A stretch of DNA of 13,645 nt from Candidatus Heimdallarchaeota archaeon (lineage in GTDB: Archaea > Asgardarchaeota > Heimdallarchaeia > Heimdallarchaeales > Heimdallarchaeaceae). The notes beneath the pieces were generated by a model. That model ran no database searches and was not told the DNA's origin. It worked only from the letters and a program-made list of their open reading frames with translations. The stretch's first letter is position 1. Each line of letters begins with the position of its first letter. The stretch lies in contig DAOVER010000070.1 of NCBI GenBank assembly GCA_030668875.1, positions 1-13,645 of the forward strand, given 5' to 3'. Shown in pieces: positions 7,350-13,645 of this stretch. The position numbers and the translations under genes are program-made.

Positions 7350-7485
7350 CTTTAATTCGTGTTGTTAAGATATCCCGACGTTGTAGTTTTTAAAAGATTT
7401 TGTTCTATCTCTATGTCTTCTTGTTTGATTCTTACTAGAATAATACTTAGAAAATGTTATAATATGAGATTTATTCCGTGGTGTA

Positions 7486-8853
7486 ATGAACAGGAAATAT
7501 TTCGGAACCAACGGGATAAGGGGCATTGTTGGTGATTTAATTACACCTTCATTTATATCAAAAATGAGTTCTGCCATGGCTTCGATGTTAAAGAATAAGG
7601 GAACTGTAATCATAGGTGCAGATCCCAGACTTAGTAGCCCTTTTATCAAAAACAATGTCATTTCCAGTTTCCTTGCAAGTGGGATAGAAGTGATAGATTT
7701 AGGGGTGGTTCCAACTCCCATGGTTCAGTTTGCAGTAAAACATTTGCGCGCAAATATGGGAGTGGTGGTTACAGCAAGTCACAATGCTCCTCAATTTAAT
7801 GGTCTCAAAATCATAGATGATGATGGAATTGAAATTGATATAAGAAAACAACTTAAAGTCGAAGAAATTTTTGAGAAAAAGCAATTTGCCTATGTTCCTT
7901 GGAATGAGAATGGTTCAGTCACAAGAATGAATCTTAAGCAGGAATATATTGATCAAATAATACAATTAGTAGATATAGACACCATACAAAAGAAAAAGAT
8001 GTCCGTTGTAGTTGATACTGGAAACGGAGCTGGAAGCGTCATTACTCCAGAATTACTTCGACAACTTGGAGTGAGAGTAATTACGGTAAACGGCAACTTA
8101 GATGGAAGATTCCCAGGAAGAGGGTCAGAACCTACCCCAGAAAAACTAACGGAGATGAGTAAAATCACTTTGCAAAGTAAATGTGATTTCTCAGTTGCAC
8201 ATGACGGAGATGCCGATAGAGCCATATTTGGAGATGAAAAAGGCACTATTTTCTTTGGAGACAAATCTATAGTTTTGTTTGAAAAATGGTTTATGAGTAA
8301 TCATGAAAACAAACAATTTGTGACACCCATTAGCTCGTCATCTGCAGTTGTTGATATCGCTGATGAAATGGGAGGAAAGGTAATCTGGACTCCAGTAGGT
8401 TGTATTTTTGTAAGTAGAGAAATGATATCCAAGAACATTATATTAGGTGGAGAAGAGAATGGAGGGTTATTTTATGGGTTACATCAAAGTGTACGAGATG
8501 GTGCGATGGCAACTGCTCTGATGGCAAATATATTAGCAGAAACTGAAAAAACTTTTAGTGATTTAGTATTAGAATTGCCAAAATATTATCAAAAGAAAGA
8601 CAAATTACCTTGCCCAAATGAATTGAAAAAGAGGGTAATGGACCAAATTATTACAACTATCCCAGAAACAGTTGAACTCATAGATATGGATGGAGTGAAA
8701 CTCATCTATGATGAAGGTTGGGTATTAATTAGACCTTCTGGAACGGAGCCTATTTTCAGAATTTTCGTTGAAGCTAAAACTGAGAAAAAAGCAAAAGAGA
8801 TTATGGCTAAAGGTATGAAGCTTGTTCAGGAAGCATTACGGGAATTAAGTTAG
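7486..8853 (+). CDS. glmM: Alpha-D-phosphohexomutase (archaeal PMM/PGM/GlmM family)
   Basis: YFGTNGIRG, phosphoserine loop TASHN, metal-binding DGDADR, sugar loop GGEENGG and W.LIRPSGTEP..R. Substrate specificity (mannose, glucose or glucosamine phosphate) cannot be resolved from the sequence. Confidence 0.9.
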   Translation: MNRKYFGTNGIRGIVGDLITPSFISKMSSAMASMLKNKGTVIIGADPRLSSPFIKNNVISSFLASGIEVIDLGVVPTPMVQFAVKHLRANMGVVVTASHNAPQFNGLKIIDDDGIEIDIRKQLKVEEIFEKKQFAYVPWNENGSVTRMNLKQEYIDQIIQLVDIDTIQKKKMSVVVDTGNGAGSVITPELLRQLGVRVITVNGNLDGRFPGRGSEPTPEKLTEMSKITLQSKCDFSVAHDGDADRAIFGDEKGTIFFGDKSIVLFEKWFMSNHENKQFVTPISSSSAVVDIADEMGGKVIWTPVGCIFVSREMISKNIILGGEENGGLFYGLHQSVRDGAMATALMANILAETEKTFSDLVLELPKYYQKKDKLPCPNELKKRVMDQIITTIPETVELIDMDGVKLIYDEGWVLIRPSGTEPIFRIFVEAKTEKKAKEIMAKGMKLVQEALRELS

Positions 8854-9166
8854 AAGAAGAAAATAGACTTAATTCCCAATTTGATAACAATCTAAAGCAA
8901 ATGAGGAGATTTAATAAGACTTAAAAAAAGGAAGCTAAAAGTAAAGGAAAAAAAAGGAAAAAGGGAGAGTAGGAACATAATCATGAGTTTGTTTCTACGA
9001 CAATTTCTGAGAAAATTGTGAAGAATACTTCAGGACTCATCCTCAACCAGTGCCCAATTAAGAAAAACTACGTTTTTCATAAAGACATAATAGCACAACA
9101 AGAAAGCAAAAGCAAGTAAAACTTAGCGATTCAAGTTGTGACTGTTCCGGTTGTTAGAAAAATTGA

Positions 9167-9442
9167 CTAATTCTGTTGCTCATATCCCTTCAATATTTCA
9201 ATCAATATTTGGACAAAGAAGCTATTTGGATAGTTTACCTCTAAAAGCTCAGCTAAACCTTGGCAACCGGTGCTTTTTATAAACACCGAGAGAAGCTCAT
9301 AATCATCTTTTAATTGAGATGCAAAATAAATTAGAGCTAAGAAGGTAGTTTCATTCATATCTGTGTTTCCTGTAAGGTAAGCACCTACATCTCTACATAA
9401 TGTCCTACATTGTTCTTTTGTTAGTTTTCTATTGAATGTCAT
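9167..9442 (-). CDS. Small all-helical hypothetical protein (~91 aa)
   Basis: ORF with a likely start at ATG 9442, an upstream GTGAT-like SD and a TTTATATA box (9470-9477 on the minus strand). Confidence 0.65.
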   Translation of the reverse strand: MTFNRKLTKEQCRTLCRDVGAYLTGNTDMNETTFLALIYFASQLKDDYELLSVFIKSTGCQGLAELLEVNYPNSFFVQILIEILKGYEQQN

Positions 9443-9649
9443 TATATCACATATAATTGCACTTTTTAGTATATAAAACATCTCAATTCAGAACAAGAAA
9501 GTCTCCTAAGAGAACTGATTAATCTTGAAATTTTATTTGTAGATTTTATCAAAGTTTCATTCTCTTTTTCAAGAAGGAGCAAAGAAATACATAAAAGACT
9601 AGAAAATGTAGTAGGGCATTTGGATAATATTAAAGATGAGAGGGTCCTA

Positions 9650-10348
9650 TTACTTATTCTTTCTGTAATTTAGATAAAGACCAAATGATCCTCCCAAGAA
9701 AAACAAACTAGCAAAAACGATAGCTGTTATTCTACCAGCGATATTTTGTTCTATTAAAATAGCTAATGGTATTAAAAAGATTTCAAAGGCTATGCTAACT
9801 AATATTAACCACTTATCAGATAAGAATGAATATAACCAATTAGGTTTTTTTACTTCATCTATATCAGATTCTTGTTCTTCTTGTTTAGGTTCAACAAAAT
9901 CTGCTTCTAAAATTAGATTATTGCTTTGAAGAGATAATCTGTTCAAACCATCAAGAACTCTCTTAACTCTACTTTCTACTGTTTGAACTTTCGTTACCTA
10001 TGAGATATAAGATAAGGGGTCTTTTGCGGTTTTTGAGCCATCATACTTTATGATAATGCAATCTTCCAAAAAGCGTTCTAATTCAGTAAAATCTATATTG
10101 AAATTTAATTTTAAAGAAAATAGTGGATCATTTCTTTTCTTTTTTGCTTGTCCAATTGTTCTCTTTAGACCAGTTTGAGTGATTCTAGCTTGGGGAATTA
10201 ATATTTTTGACACAAATGAACCTAATTTTGCGATATTATCAGTTTGAACTTTATCTTTTTCCTTTTGTTCCTTTACTTTTCTTATTTCATCTTGATAATG
10301 ACGAAAGATGGAGATATTTCTCTGGACTTCTTGTTGTGCCTTATCCAC
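9650..10348 (-). pseudogene. ~232-codon gene (soluble N-terminus + two C-terminal TM helices) interrupted by a single in-frame TAG at 9998-10000
   Basis: ORFs 9998..10348 and 9650..9946 share one frame. The 17 codons between them (VTKVQTVESRVKRVLDG) are open. The downstream ORF has only a weak TTG start, whereas the upstream GTG has an AAGTGATT SD. Confidence 0.7.
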
Positions 10349-10386
10349 TCAAATCACTTATTTTTCTCAAGGAGCTATAAAAATAT

Positions 10387-10408
10387 TGTAATATAAATAT
10401 GTATTACA
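10387..10408. promoter_or_regulatory. Inverted repeat TGTAATA-N8-TATTACA overlapping a TATA box, a candidate operator
   Basis: Perfect 7-bp arms. The minus strand reads TTTATA inside the site, about 45 bp upstream of GTG 10348. Confidence 0.4.
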
Positions 10409-10669
10409 GTGCAATGAGTTAAAATGTTAAAAGAAGTTATTGAGTTTCATCTGTACTATCTTCTTTTCTTTTATCTTCCATTCAGTCTTTCCTTTCTTGA
10501 TTAGTTTAATCCAACAACTCATATTTTATTAAGAAAGTGAAAAATTGAAATTTGGATGATTTAACATGCTTTTCCTCTTAATTAAGTTCTTTTTCACTCC
10601 AACAAGTTTTGGGACAATGTCCGTATTGAAAAAAATAAAAGGCGAATAATACTAACAATCTATTGTAAT

Positions 10670-11704
10670 TCAATAGTTTTTACCCTTTTTTTTCCTATTT
10701 ATTATTACTGCTGCAAAAATAAGAGTAGGTATAACTGATACTAATAATGGGAAGTCAACAAAATCACCAGCAAGCCGTATGAAATTATTTACATACCAAT
10801 TACTAGCAATGATCATGTCAAAGATTTTATGAACTGTCTTCATTTTATTTTTAGTGAGACCAGACTTATAATAGATTTTTATACCTATTTCTCCTAAATC
10901 TCTAAATTTTATAACATAATTATATGTTTCATTAAAGACTAGTGGTTCTGAAAGATTAAGTAGGGGGAAATCTCTTTCCTCGGGCCAATTTGATTCTGGC
11001 CAATTCATGCTAATATTATCAATTTCAAACATCATATTTTTTAGTGAAAGAATGCTAGAAATGAGAATTTCATGAAATTCGTTATTTTCTATCCATTTTT
11101 CACCATCATTTATGAAATTTGATGCAATAATCCCATCCTTTGATTGGAAGTCTAAAATAGTCTCGTTACTTGTAGAATAGCTTTCATTAAATGTTGAAAA
11201 TAATGTGAGATCAAGCGGAGCTTGATTTGCAAAAGCATATCCAAAATTAGAACCATCTGGAGGGATAATTGAAGGAGTTACTGTCTCTACGTACCACCAA
11301 CGGTCATTGTCAGAGTCAATCATATTAAATAGTTGTTCATACACGCTTTTATCCTCATAAGAGACATTTGCTAACAAGAAGTCTACTTTCCCAGGTAATA
11401 CAGTATCATTAAAATTATAGACTAAAATGTCATCTAAACCAGAGATTTGATGAGATAACCAATTCAAATCCTCAATAATTCCATCTTTTAGTATTTCATT
11501 CTCTTCATATGTTTGGCTAGTTTCATTGAAAATTAATAGTTGGGCAGTAAGATCCTCCTTTGTCAATCCATTTAGTTCTATCGTAATTAAAGAGTAGATG
11601 GATGGAATACCCGTACTATTCACTAGATTTACATTAGGGACAGAGAAAGAAGAAACAAGTAAGAACATGAACAAGCAAATGAGAGATGTTTTTTTCTTTT
11701 TCAT
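10670..11704 (-). CDS. Secreted/surface glycoprotein with signal peptide and C-terminal membrane anchor
   Basis: MKKKKTSLICLFMFLLVSSFS signal peptide, several N-x-S/T sequons (NST, NET, NDT, NVS, NES, NIS, NLS), and a C-terminal FPLLVSVIPTLIFAAVII TM followed by NRKKKGK. Confidence 0.85.
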   Translation of the reverse strand: MKKKKTSLICLFMFLLVSSFSVPNVNLVNSTGIPSIYSLITIELNGLTKEDLTAQLLIFNETSQTYEENEILKDGIIEDLNWLSHQISGLDDILVYNFNDTVLPGKVDFLLANVSYEDKSVYEQLFNMIDSDNDRWWYVETVTPSIIPPDGSNFGYAFANQAPLDLTLFSTFNESYSTSNETILDFQSKDGIIASNFINDGEKWIENNEFHEILISSILSLKNMMFEIDNISMNWPESNWPEERDFPLLNLSEPLVFNETYNYVIKFRDLGEIGIKIYYKSGLTKNKMKTVHKIFDMIIASNWYVNNFIRLAGDFVDFPLLVSVIPTLIFAAVIINRKKKGKNY

Positions 11705-11729
11705 TATTGAACTTCCTTTCTAATTTTGG

Positions 11730-12284
11730 TTAATGACATAAGTAAATCGCTGTCTGCAAATCGTTGAACTCCATTGGATGTTGATCCCATTCTGGATGGG
11801 TTGTAGTAATCCAAAAATAAGCGGTAGCAAACGCTGTGTTTGTATCATAATAATAATTATAGAATATATCACACATTTTTTGTAGAAACGGGCTAGACAT
11901 CTGACCTATTCTGACTGCTAGTGACGAACTGGGATCATAACTCCTTTGCAAATGATAACCAGTTTCGTCCCACTCACAAGCTACCATCACATGCTTTTTG
12001 TTAGTTAATTCTTGTCCTCTGTAAAGAAACCCTTCTGCATGGCAGCTATCCATGATATATATTAAGTTATCAGTTTCTAAATCAGATAACCAACTTTTCA
12101 GTTCAATAGCAGTAACACCCGCACCATAAGGTGTCCACTCCCATTCATGAAACCATGTGGTTGTATGAGAATATGTCCACGCATCCCAAGTTGGTGGAGG
12201 ACCCACAGCATGTCCATGTGCTGAAAATAGGACTACTACAATGTCTTTTTGTTTTTCTTTTGTATCTAAAGTATCTAATATACT
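11730..12284 (-). pseudogene. 5'-truncated caspase-like (clan CD, C14/C13-type) cysteine peptidase
   Basis: The frame stays open upstream of the ORF-track start: SILDTLDTKEKQKDIVVVLFSAHGHAVGPPP. This gives a catalytic His-Gly (His at 12216-12218) plus LIYIMDSCHAEG (Cys at 12042-12044). There is no start codon before the frame runs into the IS left end. Confidence 0.75.
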
Positions 12285-13377
12285 AAAGCATGTCCCAAAA
12301 CTAGTCTGCGTGGACTAGAGCTTCTCTAAGGGAAAAAGAGCGTTTTAGCGGAGAAAAGGGGGAAAAAAAGCAAAGACCGAAGAGTCTAAGTAATGAGGGT
12401 CAAATCTTGAAATATGCTAATACTACAAAAATTCGACCCTCAAGTAGTTAAGCAGTTTATTGAAATAAATAAAGATTTGGTTAGAAGGAAATTCCCAGAG
12501 AAAAGAAAAGTAGACCGGAGGAAGGGGGGAGCGCCAAGGATAGGTGAAAGGTGGATAATAGTCTTACTTTGTGTGATTGGAAGGATAGAAGGAGTACCTT
12601 GGAGAACACTACCTCTAAAACTGTCCTTGTGTGAATTTCTGACAAGAGAAGGGTACCTTAGAGTCATACCTTCGAAGACAACTTTTCACAGAGTATGGCA
12701 GAACACAAGAGTAGGATCATTAGAGAGCTGGATTAGAGGCATGGGCTACATCCGGGCAACACAATGGGAAGACGCGGAGTGTGCAGTAGACAGTTCGGGT
12801 TTTAAGATTGCCACAGGGTCGCTTTGGCGTTACCTTAAGTGGGCAAAAAGACAACTGAAGAAGACCTCAAAGATTTTCAGAAAAGTGCATATCATCGTCT
12901 CTCTCCCTTCCCGGGCAGTAGTATCGATCACTACTTCTCCCTCTCCTACTCATGATAGCAAGGTCTGTGGCAAACTCTTCCAAACTCTATCTAAAAGACT
13001 AATTCAACGTTTCAAAATTATACATATGGATAAAGCTTACTGGGATGAAGACATCTTGGGGTGGATAGAACAAGAAGGTATGCGACCTGATATCCCACCC
13101 AAGGAAAATGCTATCGATCATGGAACTAACAGTCCCCATGATAGAATTGTAAGAGCATATGCAGCTTATCCTGGTCTATTTCGTTATAACCACCACTCAG
13201 AACATCGTGCAAGTGTTGAACATGTCTTCGGTCTGATCAAACTCCGTCCCCTCACCATCTATGATAGAAAGTTAAACAACAAGCTCAAGACCTTACTCTG
13301 TCCTTTCCTCTGGTACAACTTTCTTTTATACGCTCAAAGCCTGTGGAGGTGAATAGGAGGTTTTGGGACATGCTTTA
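12284..13377 (+). mobile_element. IS5-family insertion sequence (~1.09 kb), IS903-like DDE transposase
   Basis: Perfect 18-bp terminal inverted repeats, TAAAGCATGTCCCAAAAC (12284-12301) and GTTTTGGGACATGCTTTA (13360-13377), bracket one transposase ORF. The element is visibly more GC-rich than its flanks. Confidence 0.93.
12414..13352 (+). CDS. tnp: IS5-family DDE transposase
   Basis: AVDSSGF (D1), RKVHIIV...HDS, MDKAY (D2), IPPKEN and RASVEHVFGLIK (R-x3-E-x6-K signature). 312 aa, uninterrupted. Confidence 0.92.
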   Translation: MLILQKFDPQVVKQFIEINKDLVRRKFPEKRKVDRRKGGAPRIGERWIIVLLCVIGRIEGVPWRTLPLKLSLCEFLTREGYLRVIPSKTTFHRVWQNTRVGSLESWIRGMGYIRATQWEDAECAVDSSGFKIATGSLWRYLKWAKRQLKKTSKIFRKVHIIVSLPSRAVVSITTSPSPTHDSKVCGKLFQTLSKRLIQRFKIIHMDKAYWDEDILGWIEQEGMRPDIPPKENAIDHGTNSPHDRIVRAYAAYPGLFRYNHHSEHRASVEHVFGLIKLRPLTIYDRKLNNKLKTLLCPFLWYNFLLYAQSLWR

Positions 13378-13383
13378 AGACGA

Positions 13384-13645
13384 TCATAAGAGCTTCATAA
13401 ATATATCATCAGACAAAAAGTATTCTACTATGTTTGACATGGTTTCAGTGAGAGGGTATTGTGGTCTATAACCTAATTCAGTTCTAGCCTTTGAATAGTC
13501 ACACAGTAAAACATTTACTTCAGCAGGTCTATATCGACTCTCGTCTATTTCAATCTTGTAATCAATATTGTAAAGTGAGGCAGTTAATTTTATTAGGTTT
13601 TCAATACTTATTCCTAAACCATGACCTAAATTATAGACATCACCT
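13384..13645 (-). CDS. gmd: GDP-mannose 4,6-dehydratase-like NAD-dependent epimerase/dehydratase, C-terminal part (5' end outside window)
   Basis: Not in the ORF track. The minus strand translates to GDVYNLGHGLGISIENLIKLTASLYNIDYKIEIDESRYRPAEVNVLLCDYSKARTELGYRPQYPLTETMSNIVEYFLSDDIFMKLL*. RPAEV..L..D.SKA...LG..P is typical of Gmd/Rmd. Confidence 0.75.
   Translation of the reverse strand, partial: GDVYNLGHGLGISIENLIKLTASLYNIDYKIEIDESRYRPAEVNVLLCDYSKARTELGYRPQYPLTETMSNIVEYFLSDDIFMKLL

Noticed and set aside
6015-8264. ORFs 6015..6242, 6795..6998, 6958..7197, 7365..7721, 7699..7884 and 7953..8264
   Set aside because: All are antisense to well-supported genes (nac, atpF, atpH, glmM) with shadow-like composition.
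8925-8975. Long purine tract (AAAAAAAGGAAG...GGAAAAAAAAGGAAAAGGGAGAG)
   Set aside because: Most simply a T-rich terminator region for minus-strand transcripts. No repeat unit or folded RNA could be supported.
9444-9468. ATATCACA-N8-CACTTTTTA resembling ATATCACA-N6-CACTTTTTA in the 38-bp repeat
   Set aside because: The spacing differs and both halves are explained by AT-rich composition and an SD-like GTGAT on the minus strand. Too weak to claim a shared regulator site.
9998-10000. Pyrrolysine decoding of the in-frame TAG
   Set aside because: No pyl genes are in the window, the protein is not a methylamine methyltransferase, and other genes here (atpD, taw2, glmM) use TAG as a normal stop.
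12301-12328. Short hairpins CTAGTC-N6-GACTAG and TAGAG-N3-CTCTA inside the IS left end
   Set aside because: The arms are only 5-6 bp. Plausible subterminal IS features but not distinguishable from chance.
12440-12667. Minus-strand 75-aa ORF inside the transposase
   Set aside because: Antisense shadow with no recognisable motif.
10606-13377. Composite transposon formed by the partial TIR at 10606 and the IS
   Set aside because: The partial copy has the same orientation as the right TIR, so it cannot pair with it as an inverted end.

Overview
AT-rich archaeal chromosomal window. The lineage is probably Asgard/Heimdallarchaeia-like; this is inferred from gene content and style, not proven. Bases 1-8853 are mostly housekeeping genes: the 3' end of A/V-ATPase subunit D, a membrane-anchored proline-rich protein, rpiA, PINA ATPase, a tRNA-splicing endonuclease subunit, Taw2, a PUA/TGT C-terminal protein, NAC, a DPM2-like small membrane protein, A/V-ATPase subunits F and H(G), and a phosphohexomutase. 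Bases ~8860-13380 are an accessory region. It holds a small helical orphan, a 2-TM gene split by one in-frame TAG, a secreted C-terminally anchored surface protein, and a 5'-truncated caspase-like (clan CD) peptidase cut by an IS5-family element with 18-bp terminal inverted repeats. The window ends in the 3' end of a Gmd-like sugar dehydratase. The most notable signals are: (i) a single-pass membrane protein with a basic patch, polyproline tracts, two duplicated PTAP motifs and a WH2-like terminal helix, a candidate actin/ESCRT adaptor; (ii) an unexplained 38-bp repeat / 38-bp spacer / 38-bp repeat directly upstream of it; (iii) the caspase-like, death-fold-like and amber-split 2-TM genes of the accessory region; (iv) a DPM2-like protein; (v) an EndA subunit lacking the catalytic Tyr.
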